A stretch of DNA of 64,000 nt from Nitrosopumilus sp. GTDB taxonomy: Archaea > Thermoproteota > Nitrososphaeria > Nitrososphaerales > Nitrosopumilaceae. The DNA lies in contig OZ242186.1 of NCBI GenBank assembly GCA_965205675.1, forward strand, positions 1,120,001 through 1,184,000, given 5' to 3'. The position numbers and the translations under genes were made by a program. The notes beneath the pieces were generated by a model. The model was not told the origin of the DNA. It saw only the letters and a program-made list of their open reading frames with translations, and searched no databases. Each line of letters begins with the position of its first letter. The stretch's first letter is position 1. This document shows positions 39,404-50,440 of this stretch, one piece after another.

Positions 39404-40306
39404 TTATCTACGCTTAGATTTTTTAGAGGTGGTCTTTTTCTTTGCAGGGCTCTTTTTAGAGGTGGTCTTTTTCTTTGCAGGGCTCTTTTTAGAGGTGGTC
39501 TTTTTCTTTGCAGGGCTCTTTTTAGAGGTGGTCTTTTTCTTTGCAGGGCTCTTTTTAGAGGTGGTCTTTTTCTTTGCAGGGCTCTTTTTAGAGGTGGTCT
39601 TTTTCTTTGCAGGGCTCTTTTTAGAGGTGGTCTTTTTCTTTGCGGTAATTTTTCTTCGATTTGCCAGTAATTCTTTGAGTTTAACATTAGCTTTATCTAA
39701 AGACTTTTGTGCAGATTCTTCGGTTTTGATTCGTTTTTGTAATTCTTTAAGAAATTTTTGGACAGATTTGTGATTTGCAGTTTTAGTTTCACGTAAAGAA
39801 GGCTTTGATTTAGTTTGTTTTTGGATTTTAGAGACAATTTTAGATTTAATACCAGAGAAAGCAGCGACATCGTCTGAAATCTTTTTTGCAGTTTTTTGCC
39901 TACTTTTAATTTCTTCAATTAATTCACGCACATGGTCATTTAATGAACGTAATCTAGTCTCAGCATTTTGTTTTTCTATGAAATTATCAGCAAATTCAAT
40001 TTCTTGTTCAATCTGTTCGATGGTTTCTTTTTCTCTAGCAAGTCGTTCTTCTGCTGTAGTAACTAGTCTTCCAATACTCTCCAATTGGGAATTTTTCCTA
40101 TCAATAACAGTTGAGACATCAGCAGATTCCTCTTTTTCAGACTCTATTTTTTTATCAAGCAAGTGTAAACCAGAAGAAGAGTGTTTTTCAGCAGAACGGA
40201 ATTCTTTAATTTGTTCTTCAGCTTTTTTACGTAGTTTAGTTGCTTCTTGTTTCTTTTGTCGTAGTTGAACTACTATTTTTTCTAATGATGCCAATGATTG
40301 TATCAA
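39404..40306 (-). CDS. Coiled-coil protein with Lys-rich (KKKTTSKKSPA)n tail
   Basis: ~225 aa of heptads followed by a perfect 11-aa repeat tail. Confidence 0.8.
   Translation of the reverse strand: MIQSLASLEKIVVQLRQKKQEATKLRKKAEEQIKEFRSAEKHSSSGLHLLDKKIESEKEESADVSTVIDRKNSQLESIGRLVTTAEERLAREKETIEQIEQEIEFADNFIEKQNAETRLRSLNDHVRELIEEIKSRQKTAKKISDDVAAFSGIKSKIVSKIQKQTKSKPSLRETKTANHKSVQKFLKELQKRIKTEESAQKSLDKANVKLKELLANRRKITAKKKTTSKKSPAKKKTTSKKSPAKKKTTSKKSPAKKKTTSKKSPAKKKTTSKKSPAKKKTTSKKSPAKKKTTSKKSKRR
39420..39643. repeat. 33-bp tandem repeat, 6 copies plus a partial
   Basis: TTTTTAGAGGTGGTCTTTTTCTTTGCAGGGCTC units. Confidence 0.93.
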
Positions 40307-40430
40307 GATAAAAGAGTCGGTTAAGTTATGGACATAATCAGGATTTGACTTTCAAGTTAAGAAAATTAACTTAATTTGATCGCTAAAACGATTTTTTAAA
40401 AAATATTAGTTAAAAGAAATTACAATTATC

Positions 40431-40742
40431 ATGGAATTTCATCCAAAAGATTTACCAATAGAAAAAACATATGATCTAAAAAATGAGAAAGAAGCAATTA
40501 TTGCAATTGATGATATGGTAAAACTAGGATTTAAAGGAAAAAAAGAAGGATACAGAGTGTTAATGCCAAAAGAATCAAAAATTGCCAAAAGAATTGGTTA
40601 TTCTGTAACAACAGGAATAACAACAGGGCTCAGACAAAAAAATGAAGATCGAGATATAAAATATTGGACATATCATCATGATGAGGATCATTATGCAATA
40701 GTGCTGATTCATAGAGAAGGGTTAGCAGAATTAGGTTTTTGA
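40431..40742 (+). CDS. Hypothetical protein
   Basis: 103-aa ORF with typical codon usage. Confidence 0.7.
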   Translation: MEFHPKDLPIEKTYDLKNEKEAIIAIDDMVKLGFKGKKEGYRVLMPKESKIAKRIGYSVTTGITTGLRQKNEDRDIKYWTYHHDEDHYAIVLIHREGLAELGF

Positions 40743-41399
40743 TTTATTAAAAATTTTGTAGAGTTTGGTCCTACTGGCCATGACACCAGATAGCATTACT
40801 CCAATTATAGAACCTCCAATCACATCCATCGGATAGTGCTCTAAAACATAGAGTCTGCTAATAGAAATTAGAACAGGATACAAAAACATCAGATATGCCC
40901 CACGTGGGAATCTCTCAGATAATGCATATCCCAGAATAATTGCAAAAATCATTGATCTGGCGGCATGGCCAGAAGGATATGATGCATCATAACCGCCCTC
41001 ACAAAACAAAGCAAAAGTATCTTTACTCACAGGTACAGGAAATTGGGCAGAGGCATATTCAAAATCAGGTCTGTCTCTATCAACTCCGCATTTCACATAA
41101 CCTGTAAGAAGTGTAGAAATTACAATCAGAATCATCAATGTAACTCCAACTCTACGAGTTTTTGGAATAATTAAAACTAAAATTGCAAAACCCAACATCC
41201 ACAAAGCCTCACCACTTTCAGTGACGGATTGCATTATGAAATCTAAAGAGGAGTTTCCCACATTTTCAGAGAAAAATAAAATTATGTTTTGATCAAAGCT
41301 TTCAGTAATTCCTAAATACACAATTGCAGTAAGTATTAGAAAGGAAATTGTGAGTAAGACAAAAGAACGGGAACGAATATCAAAAATCCAATTTTGCAA
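40731..41399 (-). CDS. PAP2-family membrane phosphatase
   Basis: K..VDRDRP, YPSGH, SRLYVLEHYPMDV. Confidence 0.9.
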   Translation of the reverse strand: MQNWIFDIRSRSFVLLTISFLILTAIVYLGITESFDQNIILFFSENVGNSSLDFIMQSVTESGEALWMLGFAILVLIIPKTRRVGVTLMILIVISTLLTGYVKCGVDRDRPDFEYASAQFPVPVSKDTFALFCEGGYDASYPSGHAARSMIFAIILGYALSERFPRGAYLMFLYPVLISISRLYVLEHYPMDVIGGSIIGVMLSGVMASRTKLYKIFNKSKT

Positions 41400-41512
41400 T
41401 TACTAAAACCTCAATCACGGGTCTTTTAATTTTTGTTAATAAATAAATTTTAAAATAAAGAAAATATTTCTGATCGGCTAAAGAATTTAACCAAGGGGAC
41501 AATAGACAAGTC

Positions 41513-42721
41513 GTGAAGGTACTCACATTAGATGATTTTGACCTAAAAGGCAAGACTGTTTTTTTGAGAGTGGATATGAACTGTCCAATAGATCCGGAAA
41601 CTTTAGAAATTTCAGGAACTAAAAGAATCGAAGAGGCAATTAGAACTCTTGATTCATTAAAAGACGCCAAAGTGGTCATAGGATCACATCAAGGAAGAGT
41701 TGGAAATAATGAATATACAGGCATGGACAAACATGCAAAAGTTTTAGAAAAATTAATGAATAGAAAAATAAAATATGTTGAAGATACTATTGGAGAAGCA
41801 GCACAAAATGCAATTAAGAAGTTAGAACAAGGAGAAATTTTACTTTTAGATAATCTCAGATTATGTGCAGAAGAAAATTACGAGTTTACACCAGAGAATG
41901 CAGCTAAAACAATCATGGTTTCACGTTTATCTAAATTATTTGATCTTTGTGTATTAGATTCATTTCCTAGTGCACATAGATCACACCCATCAATAGTAGG
42001 ATTTCCACAAGTTCTTCCAGCATGTGCAGGAAAAATTGTTGAAAGAGAGGTAAGAAATCTAGATGAAATTATGACAGTGGCCAAAGCACCTCATGTTATC
42101 GTCCTAGGAGGTTCAAAAATTCCAGACAGATTGGAGGCAATAAAATTATTGATTCAGAACGGACGTGCAGATCATGTTTTGCTAACAGGGTTAATTGGCA
42201 ATGTGTTCATGCGAGCACAAGCAAGAATCAAGTCACCTATGGGAATAAAACGAGAAGAAGAAGGAGTAGCAAAGGCACATACATTAATTGGAGAATATCC
42301 AGATGTTTTTGCAACACCAGTAGATATTGCAATTGACAAAGACGGAGAAAGAGTCGAGATGGAGGTAAGAGAGATGGGCAAAGGAGATAAAATATTTGAT
42401 TTAGGACCAAAGACAGTAGAATACTATTCAAAATTAATTGCAGGGGCAGGTACTGTATTTATTAGCGGACCTGCAGGATTTTTTGAAAAAGAAAATTTTA
42501 GTTATGGAACAAAGGCATTGCTAAACTCAGTTGCAAATTCAATGGCAACAACAATTGTAAGTGGAGGTCATTTAACTACCGCATTAAAACAACAAGGATT
42601 AGCAGATAAAATCAATCATATCAGTACCGCAGGGGGGGCATTGGTACTTTATCTAACAGGAGAAAAGCTACCAATGATGAAAGCATTAGAAGACGCTGCA
42701 AAAAAATACAAATCTAAATAA
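41513..42721 (+). CDS. pgk: Phosphoglycerate kinase
   Basis: RVDMNCP, SHQGR, AHRSHPS, DLGPKT, HISTAGGA. Confidence 0.95.
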   Translation: MKVLTLDDFDLKGKTVFLRVDMNCPIDPETLEISGTKRIEEAIRTLDSLKDAKVVIGSHQGRVGNNEYTGMDKHAKVLEKLMNRKIKYVEDTIGEAAQNAIKKLEQGEILLLDNLRLCAEENYEFTPENAAKTIMVSRLSKLFDLCVLDSFPSAHRSHPSIVGFPQVLPACAGKIVEREVRNLDEIMTVAKAPHVIVLGGSKIPDRLEAIKLLIQNGRADHVLLTGLIGNVFMRAQARIKSPMGIKREEEGVAKAHTLIGEYPDVFATPVDIAIDKDGERVEMEVREMGKGDKIFDLGPKTVEYYSKLIAGAGTVFISGPAGFFEKENFSYGTKALLNSVANSMATTIVSGGHLTTALKQQGLADKINHISTAGGALVLYLTGEKLPMMKALEDAAKKYKSK

Positions 42722-43061
42722 AAGATTTGCAAGAAGGGTCAGGACATCTTTTTTCTTCAAAAGGCGCCAAATAGATATCATGATCACATTTAGGACAATG
42801 AGACTTTTCCAACGGATCAAATAATTTCAAATATATTGTGGTGAAATTTTGGGCAATACTTCTTGCAAGACCTGAATCACATAAAGCAGTAAAAAAAGAT
42901 TCAATATCATCAATTATCCAAGAAGGATCAAGATCACCATTTGTTTTTATGATTTTAAAAATATCATCATTTGTAAAATTAATATCAACATCATTAAATT
43001 TTTCAAAGATAATTTTTCTAATTTGAAGTTCAATTGGAACTGTAGGAATAAAATCACCCAT
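42714..43061 (-). CDS. Hypothetical protein with C-terminal zinc finger
   Basis: CPKC...CPDPSC; last gene of the suf string. Confidence 0.75.
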   Translation of the reverse strand: MGDFIPTVPIELQIRKIIFEKFNDVDINFTNDDIFKIIKTNGDLDPSWIIDDIESFFTALCDSGLARSIAQNFTTIYLKLFDPLEKSHCPKCDHDIYLAPFEEKRCPDPSCKSFI

Positions 43062-43062
43062 G

Positions 43063-43506
43063 TTAGTACAGATTTTCTGCCTCTTCTTTTAGTTTGTCCA
43101 CACCTTCAAAATCCTTTAGATTTTTACCGATGTAGGTATAAAGAGCAGATTTGAGTACTTTAAGAGAAAGCAATGCACACTTTATTCGTACAGCTTGCAG
43201 GTGTTCAAGGCCTAATTCACTTAGAATATCACTTTTTTCAATTGCACGGGCCTCTTCAATACTCTTACCTTTTGTAATTTCAGTCAAAACTGAAGAGCAT
43301 GCCATGCAGATTGCACATCCTTTTCCATGAAATTTAATATCGGCGACTTTATTTTCATTAATTTTCATATCAATGTCAATACTATCCCCACATAATGGAT
43401 TAGAGTCATGAAATGTTACATCATGATTTTCAATCTCTCCATAATTGATTGGATTTCTTGAATAATCAACAATCATTTCATGATAAATGTCTGCATTACT
43501 ACTCAT
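43063..43506 (-). CDS. sufU: Fe-S scaffold/sulfur-transfer protein (IscU/SufU)
   Basis: NPLCGD, GCAIC, RIKCALL. Confidence 0.9.
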   Translation of the reverse strand: MSSNADIYHEMIVDYSRNPINYGEIENHDVTFHDSNPLCGDSIDIDMKINENKVADIKFHGKGCAICMACSSVLTEITKGKSIEEARAIEKSDILSELGLEHLQAVRIKCALLSLKVLKSALYTYIGKNLKDFEGVDKLKEEAENLY

Positions 43507-44747
43507 AATTTGAACACCTTTGCCACAATATTTAATGAATTTACCAGAATATCAATGTCTTGTTTAGTATTGTAAATGTAAAAGCTAGCTCTAGATGTAG
43601 CTGCAACGTTTAGTCGTTCCATTAACACCTGTGCACAATGATGCCCAGATCGAACTGCAATTCCTTCCTCATCAATAATTTGTGCAACATCATGAGGATG
43701 AACATCTGCAAAATTAAATGAGATGACCCCTCCGCGTTTTGAAATATCTTTTGTTCCGTAGATACAAAGTCCTTTAACTGCAGATAATTTTTCCATAGCA
43801 TATTTTGTTAATTTAATCTCATGTTCTCTTACATTATCCATTCCAATTTTTGTTAGATAGTCTATTGCAGCACCCAACCCCACAACATCAGCAATGTTAG
43901 GAGTGCCTGCTTCAAATTTGTAAGGTAAATCATTCCAAGTAGTCTCATACTTGTGAACTTCACGAATCATATCGCCACCACCATGAAATGGACTCATAGT
44001 TTCTAGTATAGATTTTCTTACCCATAAGACTCCAATCCCAGTAGGGCCAAGCATCTTATGCCCAGAAAATGCAAAAAAGTCACATCCCAATTGTTGAAGA
44101 TCAACTTTCATGTGAGGCACGGCTTGTGCCCCATCAATTAATGTAGGAATGCCTAGAGATTTACATTTTTCAATAATTTTTTCAGCGTTAGTGATAGTTC
44201 CAAGAACATTTGACATTAGACTAAAAGTTACAAGTTTGACTTTGCCTGTTTTCAGATAGTTCTCAAGATCGTCTAAATTCAGTTCGCCATTATCATCCAT
44301 TCCAATATATTCTAATTTTGCACGTTTCTCTTGAGTGAGAAGTTGCCAGGGTACAATATTGCTATGATGTTCATATTCAGTTGTAACAATAATGTCACCT
44401 TCTTTGATATGAGGTCTGCCCCACGCATACGCAATTAGATTTATTGCCTCAGTAGTACCCCTAACAAAAATAATTTCTTGGCGATTTGTTATGTTAATAA
44501 AATTTGCAATCTTATCTCTTGTCGCCTCATATGCCTCAGTGGCTTCTTCAGCTAGGGCATAGACTGCTCTATGGATATTTGCATTATGGTTTTGATAATA
44601 ATCAGTGATAGAATCAATTACCTGATTTGGTTTTTGTGTAGTAGATGCATTATCAAGATAAACAAGAGGTTTGTTATCTCTAACAGTTCTTTTTAGAATT
44701 GGAAAATCATTTCTAATATTTTCAAATAATGATTCTATACTTTGCAT
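43503..44747 (-). CDS. sufS: Cysteine desulfurase
   Basis: YLDNASTTQKP, EHHSN, SGHKMLGPTG, RSGHHCA. Confidence 0.95.
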   Translation of the reverse strand: MQSIESLFENIRNDFPILKRTVRDNKPLVYLDNASTTQKPNQVIDSITDYYQNHNANIHRAVYALAEEATEAYEATRDKIANFINITNRQEIIFVRGTTEAINLIAYAWGRPHIKEGDIIVTTEYEHHSNIVPWQLLTQEKRAKLEYIGMDDNGELNLDDLENYLKTGKVKLVTFSLMSNVLGTITNAEKIIEKCKSLGIPTLIDGAQAVPHMKVDLQQLGCDFFAFSGHKMLGPTGIGVLWVRKSILETMSPFHGGGDMIREVHKYETTWNDLPYKFEAGTPNIADVVGLGAAIDYLTKIGMDNVREHEIKLTKYAMEKLSAVKGLCIYGTKDISKRGGVISFNFADVHPHDVAQIIDEEGIAVRSGHHCAQVLMERLNVAATSRASFYIYNTKQDIDILVNSLNIVAKVFKL

Positions 44748-44750
44748 ATC

Positions 44751-45059
44751 TTAAAGCTCGACGTAAATTTCACTGGCGTTTATTTTAACATTGTATATTT
44801 TAAGAGGGGTTTCAGCAGGGAGATTTTGAGGTTCGCCATTTACCAGATTAAAAACAGACAGATGCAAGGGGCACCTTACACCTTCATCAGTGAGAAAACC
44901 AGTAGAAAGATCAGCATCAGCATGAGTACATATCAAATCAGTTGCATGAATTTTACCCTTGATATTAGCAATGAGGAGTTTTTTATCTTCATGTATAAAT
45001 CCAAAAAGTTGTCCCTCTTTTACCTGCTCCATACTGCAAGCCTTAATCCATTCAGACAA
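44751..45059 (-). CDS. Rieske-type ferredoxin
   Basis: CTH...CPLH; TTG start at 45059. Confidence 0.88.
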   Translation of the reverse strand: MSEWIKACSMEQVKEGQLFGFIHEDKKLLIANIKGKIHATDLICTHADADLSTGFLTDEGVRCPLHLSVFNLVNGEPQNLPAETPLKIYNVKINASEIYVEL

Positions 45060-45063
45060 AATA

Positions 45064-46464
45064 TCACCGATACTTGTAGTGTTGTTCCATTTCAGAGTCC
45101 TCATTATAACGAGTCTCTTCAATTTCAACAAATTTGGCTAATTCCTCATCAGTGTTAATTGTAAGTTCTTTGTCATCCCATTTGGATTCAATAAGATATG
45201 CAATCCATGCCCTTACTTGAAAGGACATTTTTCTTGATAGAGGTTCCAAAAATCCTTCAACAATTGTCCTTTCAGCCTCTTCATGACTAAGACATCTACT
45301 TTTCAAATAGAAAATTTGTTCTTCATCAATTTGTGCAACAGATGCAGAGTGAGTAGCTTTTACATCATTAGTAAAGATCTCCAATCCAGGTATTGCATCA
45401 GATTTTGCATCTTTATCCAAGAGGATTGAACGACCAGACAAAAATGAATTTGATTTTGTAGCATTTTCTTTGATTCTAATCATTCCTTTGAAAAGAGATT
45501 TTGATTTATTTCTAAGAATGGACTTTTCAACAACTCGTCCTTCAGTTGCAGGACTTTCATGATTTACATTAGTTTGAATATCAAATGATTGTTCATTGTT
45601 TCCAAATATTACTTCAGAATCATTACAGGATGCACCAGTGCCATTTAAAAAATATTCAATTTTGTATCTAGATAATATCGAGCCAAACAATCCAGAATAC
45701 CAATTTATTTTGGCATCTTGAGCTAAATCAGTGCGTCTTGTTGAAAATGCTACTGCATGTTGGTCAATCATTTGTAAAGTTGTAACATCTAATTGTGCAT
45801 TTGCTCCAAGAGTAGTGTTCATTAATTCAAGATATGCCTGTTGGGTTTGAATATCAGGAGAGTATAATTCTTGGACAATAGTAGCTTTACTATTTTCATC
45901 TGCAAAGATCACATTTCTAGAAATTGTAGAGTGACCATCCTCAGAAAGACAAATCAAGAAATGGATTGGTTTGTCAATAATCAAATTACGAGGAATGCGA
46001 AGGAATATGCCAGAGTTAAAGGCAGCATTGTTTAATGCAGTAAATTTATCATCTTCAGATTTGGAAGCATCTAGTGCCTTTTTGACCAACTCGGGGTTAT
46101 TTTCTATTGCATCAGAAAGAGAAGAAAGCACAAGCCCTTTTGATTTCAAATCATCAGGAAGATGAATTTTGTGAATATTTGTTCCAATTTGGATAATACA
46201 TATTTCATTTTCTAGTTCTCCTAATCGTTTTTTAAGAAAACTAGGTACTGTTTGAGCAGTAGAGGTAGACAAGGATATTTTTTCTGGATCCATTTTTTTT
46301 GCATCAGTGTATTTGTTGTAAAGTGGAGATAATTCAATTGGTAAACGATCATAGATAGATAATGAATTTTTTCTATAATCTTTGAGCCAATCAGGTTCAT
46401 TTCTAGATGAAGAGAGTTCATCAACGATACTTGCGTTGAGTTTTGAGAGAATTTCTTGAGACAT
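45064..46464 (-). CDS. sufD: Fe-S assembly protein SufD
   Basis: SufBD fold; PGLEI..DVKATHSASV..EQIFYL.SR. Confidence 0.9.
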   Translation of the reverse strand: MSQEILSKLNASIVDELSSSRNEPDWLKDYRKNSLSIYDRLPIELSPLYNKYTDAKKMDPEKISLSTSTAQTVPSFLKKRLGELENEICIIQIGTNIHKIHLPDDLKSKGLVLSSLSDAIENNPELVKKALDASKSEDDKFTALNNAAFNSGIFLRIPRNLIIDKPIHFLICLSEDGHSTISRNVIFADENSKATIVQELYSPDIQTQQAYLELMNTTLGANAQLDVTTLQMIDQHAVAFSTRRTDLAQDAKINWYSGLFGSILSRYKIEYFLNGTGASCNDSEVIFGNNEQSFDIQTNVNHESPATEGRVVEKSILRNKSKSLFKGMIRIKENATKSNSFLSGRSILLDKDAKSDAIPGLEIFTNDVKATHSASVAQIDEEQIFYLKSRCLSHEEAERTIVEGFLEPLSRKMSFQVRAWIAYLIESKWDDKELTINTDEELAKFVEIEETRYNEDSEMEQHYKYR

Positions 46465-46491
46465 GATTAATCAGAATTAGGTATTGGGAGT

Positions 46492-47892
46492 TTATCCCAC
46501 TGAATCATCCATCTCTAGTTTGATGAGTCTGTTTAATTCAACAGCATATTCCATTGGCAATTCTTTTGTGAATGGTTCCATGAAACCATTAACAATCAGA
46601 GATAAGGCTTCCTCTTCATCAAATCCTCTACTCATAAGATAGAAAATTTGTTCATCACCAATTTTTCCTACAGTTGCTTCGTGAGTGATTGTTGCATCTT
46701 CTTGATTGATTTCCATATAGGGATAGGTATCAGTTTTAGAAGTATCGTCTAAAAGCAATGCATCGCATCGGACAGTAGATTTTACACCAGTTGCACCTTT
46801 TGCAACATTTAACATTCCTCTATAAGTGGAGCGACCATCTAATCTACTAACAGATTTTGATGTAACTTTGGAAGTCGTATTTGGTGCCAAATGAACCATC
46901 TTTGCGCCTGTATCTTGATGTTGTCCTTTACCAGCAAATGCAATAGATAGTGTTTCACCATATGCTCTCTCACCCATAAGATAAACTCCAGGATATTTCA
47001 TAGTTAATTTACTACCAATATTTCCATCAATCCACTCAACTGTTGCGCCCTCATATGCATAAGCACGTTTGGTTACAAGATTGTAAACATCAGCACTCCA
47101 GTTTTGGATTGTTGTGTATCTTAATTTTGCATCTTTGTGTGCAACTAATTCTACAACCGCAGAATGTAATGATTCTGAAGAATAAACCGGAGCAGTACAT
47201 CCTTCAATGTAGTGTACTTCTGCACCTTCATCTACAATTATCAGCGTTCTTTCAAATTGACCAATATTTTCTGCGTTAATTCTAAAGTATGCTTGTAGAG
47301 GCATGTCAACTTTGACACCTGGTGGAACATAGATAAAGGAACCGCCACTCCAAACAGCACTGTTTAATGCTGCAAATTTGTTATCCTCTGGAGGAATAAT
47401 TTTGCCAAAATATTTTTTGAATAATTCTGGATGTTCATTGAGTGCTGCATCAGTATCTAAAAAGAGAACACCTTGTTTTGCCAAATCTTCTCTCAAGCTA
47501 TGATATACAACTTCAGATTCATATTGTGCACCAACACCTGCCAGGAATTTCTTTTCAGCTTCTGGAATTCCTAGTTTATCAAATGTGTTTTTGACATTTT
47601 CTGGAACATCATCCCAATTCTTTTCGACTTTGTCAGATGCTTTTGCATAATAGTAAATATTTTGGAAATCAATTACACTAAGATCTCCACCCCAAGTTGG
47701 CATTGGTTTTTGCATAAAAATTTCAAAAGAACGTAATCTGAAATCAAGCATCCACTGGGGTTCATTTTTCATTTTACTGATACTGATTACAGTTTCCTTA
47801 GATAGACCTTTTTTACTAAGGTGGACATACAGTTCAGTAGAGTCCTTAAAATCATATTTTGAATAATCCATGTTTAGATTTTCGGCAGTCAT
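46492..47892 (-). CDS. sufB: Fe-S assembly protein SufB
   Basis: [31 protein letters not shown]. Confidence 0.95.
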   Translation of the reverse strand: MTAENLNMDYSKYDFKDSTELYVHLSKKGLSKETVISISKMKNEPQWMLDFRLRSFEIFMQKPMPTWGGDLSVIDFQNIYYYAKASDKVEKNWDDVPENVKNTFDKLGIPEAEKKFLAGVGAQYESEVVYHSLREDLAKQGVLFLDTDAALNEHPELFKKYFGKIIPPEDNKFAALNSAVWSGGSFIYVPPGVKVDMPLQAYFRINAENIGQFERTLIIVDEGAEVHYIEGCTAPVYSSESLHSAVVELVAHKDAKLRYTTIQNWSADVYNLVTKRAYAYEGATVEWIDGNIGSKLTMKYPGVYLMGERAYGETLSIAFAGKGQHQDTGAKMVHLAPNTTSKVTSKSVSRLDGRSTYRGMLNVAKGATGVKSTVRCDALLLDDTSKTDTYPYMEINQEDATITHEATVGKIGDEQIFYLMSRGFDEEEALSLIVNGFMEPFTKELPMEYAVELNRLIKLEMDDSVG

Positions 47893-47970
47893 GCTCAAAA
47901 TAACCCCGTTATATTATAAATACATGAGGAAAAATAGGCAGAGCTAAATAGCTTCAGCTAAATTTCGTAC

Positions 47971-48768
47971 TTAGGCAGGCAGTATATTTTTGAGGGCATT
48001 AAAAGCACCTGCAACAGTATGAACTTTAGCAACAGTATTTTTGACTTTGAATTTTTTTAGTTCATCAGATGTAAATGGACCAATAGAAACCACAGACAGT
48101 TTTTCCAAATTAGCAATCAAAAGATCTATCGCATAATCTTTTGACATTATCTCAAAGAAACCCCTAACAGATGAGGCACTAGTAAAAATTATACCATTAA
48201 TTTTATTTTGAGAAAATAATTTACGAAATCCGTTCCATTGAGTTGTATCTCGAAATGCACATACATCATACAAATAGATCTCTACAACATGAATTCCAAT
48301 CTTGTTTAGCAGTTCTTTGAGAAGAGAGTTTGACGCACCACTACGAGGAATAATTACTTTTTTGTCGACAGCATGAATTTTGGAAAATTCTTCACCAACT
48401 CCAACTGAAGAATTATTTGTTGGTTCGTGATTTACTTTAATGCCATATGTAACCAGAGTGGACGTTGTTTTAGGACCTACAGACATTACAATAGTATTTG
48501 CAACTGCCAATTGTAATTTTTTAAAGTTTCCAACATTTTTTGCAGTATCAAAGAGTATCTTTACAGCTTTTGAGCTTAAAAATACAGAATAGTCAGGATT
48601 TTCAATTTCAAGTAAATTCAAAAATTCATCAACGATTTTTTCACCCTTACTTACAAGTTCTATCGTAGGTAATGAAATTGGAATTGCCTTATTTTCTTGT
48701 GCAAGGCAAATAAATTCAGATGCATCATCTTTTGAGCGAGTAATTGCTAAAGTTTTTCCATCAAGCAT
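47971..48768 (-). CDS. hemD: Uroporphyrinogen-III synthase
   Basis: AITRS, VGPKT, FTSASSV, SIGPFT; in the hem operon. Confidence 0.88.
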   Translation of the reverse strand: MLDGKTLAITRSKDDASEFICLAQENKAIPISLPTIELVSKGEKIVDEFLNLLEIENPDYSVFLSSKAVKILFDTAKNVGNFKKLQLAVANTIVMSVGPKTTSTLVTYGIKVNHEPTNNSSVGVGEEFSKIHAVDKKVIIPRSGASNSLLKELLNKIGIHVVEIYLYDVCAFRDTTQWNGFRKLFSQNKINGIIFTSASSVRGFFEIMSKDYAIDLLIANLEKLSVVSIGPFTSDELKKFKVKNTVAKVHTVAGAFNALKNILPA

Positions 48769-49508
48769 TATTTCCAACCTATAGAATCAGACAAATCAAC
48801 AACATTGCCAATAATGATATTTGTGGGAGGAGTAATTTTATTTTCTTTAACTTTTTTGGCAATATTTGTAACGGTTCCTTTGATCATTTTTTGTTTGGGA
48901 GTAGTGCCATTTTGAATTACAGCCACAGGAGTTTTTTTGGCTATTCCGCCAGCGATGAGTTGTTTACAAATTACATCTATTCTTGATAGGCCCATCATAA
49001 TTACAATAGTGTCAACTGACTTTGCCAAATTTTTCCATTTGACAATTTCTTTTTTCTTTTCTGGATCTTCATGACCAGTAACAAAAACCACAGATGATGC
49101 ATGTTTTCTATGAGTTAATGGGATTCCAGCATATGTTGCAGAGCCAATCCCAGAAGTAATTCCCGGAACAATTTCATATTTTATTTTATTTTCTTTGAGA
49201 AACTCTGCTTCTTCCCCACCACGTCCAAAGATAATTGGATCACCACCTTTGAGCCTAACTATGTTTTTATGGGATTTTGCATATTGTATCATCAAATCAT
49301 TTGTTGTGTTTTGATGAGTTGTGTCATCGCCAACTCTACGACCGACATAGATTTTTTCTGTTTTTTTTGGAATCATAGAAATTATTTTTTTACTTACTAA
49401 TCTATCATACAAAACAACATCTGCTTTTCCAAGTAATTCAACTGCACGTAATGTAATTAATTTACTATCCCCAGGCCCTGCACCCACTAGATATACTTTT
49501 CCAGTCAC
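48768..49508 (-). CDS. cobA: Uroporphyrinogen-III C-methyltransferase
   Basis: LVGAGPGD, RLKGGDP, FGRGGEE, VPGITS. Confidence 0.95.
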   Translation of the reverse strand: MTGKVYLVGAGPGDSKLITLRAVELLGKADVVLYDRLVSKKIISMIPKKTEKIYVGRRVGDDTTHQNTTNDLMIQYAKSHKNIVRLKGGDPIIFGRGGEEAEFLKENKIKYEIVPGITSGIGSATYAGIPLTHRKHASSVVFVTGHEDPEKKKEIVKWKNLAKSVDTIVIMMGLSRIDVICKQLIAGGIAKKTPVAVIQNGTTPKQKMIKGTVTNIAKKVKENKITPPTNIIIGNVVDLSDSIGWK

Positions 49509-50440
49509 GTCTTATTCCATTCCTCTACTTTTTCTCTCCAATTTAATGCAAGATCATTTACTCCTTTTGTACGCAGTTCTTCTCCAACACTTTTTCCCAG
49601 AGATTTTGGATCATCTTTTTTTCCAGTTTTTGTTATCTCAAGGGATTGTTTTCCATCTACAGAAAATGCAGATACAGTTAAAGTCATATCAGAGCCATCA
49701 GATTTAGCATATGCACCCAATGGGAATCGACAACCAGAATCAACATAGTTAGAAAGAGCACGTTCAGCCTCTATCTCTAAACGAGAATTAACATCTTCAA
49801 TTTTTTTAAGCATTGAAATTGTCTTAGGATCATCTTGCCTTGCAACAATTGCAATAGCCCCTTGACCAGGGGATGGAGAAAAGTCCTTAATAGATAATGA
49901 AGTGTGCTTTATATCTACGCCCAATCTCGAGATTCCAGCTTGTGCAAGAACTATTGCATCATATTCTTCTCCAGATATTTTTCTAATTCTAGTTTCAATA
50001 TTGCCACGAATGGGTTTTACAATTACATCAGGTCTTTTTCTAGAGACCTGGACTGCACGACGCAAGGAACTAGTTCCAATTACTGAACCGTCTTTGATAT
50101 CATCTAGAGATAAACCATCTGAGGAAATGAAAACATCATTTACTGTCTCACGTTTTGGAATAGATGCCAATACCAAACTCGCATCTAGTTCAGAGGGAAC
50201 ATCCTTTAAACTGTGAACTGCAAAATGGATTTCTTTCTGAGTAACTGCTCTGTCAATTTCTTTTTCAAAAATGCCTTTTTGATCTATTGTAAATAATGGT
50301 CGAGTATCAATATCACCCTTTGTAGTAATAGTTTTAATTTCATAATCACAATCAGGATTTATTTTTTTTAATTCAGATATTACACAATTAGTCTGTGCTA
50401 TAGATAGTTGACTTGCTCTAGCACCTACTATATACTTCAA
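49505..50440 (-). CDS. hemC: Porphobilinogen deaminase
   Basis: AVHSLKDVP, GTSSLRR, IRGNIETR, GQGAIA. Confidence 0.95.
   Translation of the reverse strand: MKYIVGARASQLSIAQTNCVISELKKINPDCDYEIKTITTKGDIDTRPLFTIDQKGIFEKEIDRAVTQKEIHFAVHSLKDVPSELDASLVLASIPKRETVNDVFISSDGLSLDDIKDGSVIGTSSLRRAVQVSRKRPDVIVKPIRGNIETRIRKISGEEYDAIVLAQAGISRLGVDIKHTSLSIKDFSPSPGQGAIAIVARQDDPKTISMLKKIEDVNSRLEIEAERALSNYVDSGCRFPLGAYAKSDGSDMTLTVSAFSVDGKQSLEITKTGKKDDPKSLGKSVGEELRTKGVNDLALNWREKVEEWNKT

Noticed and set aside
43063-47892. Missing sufC as a defective Suf system
   Set aside because: sufC can be encoded elsewhere; this cannot be judged from one window
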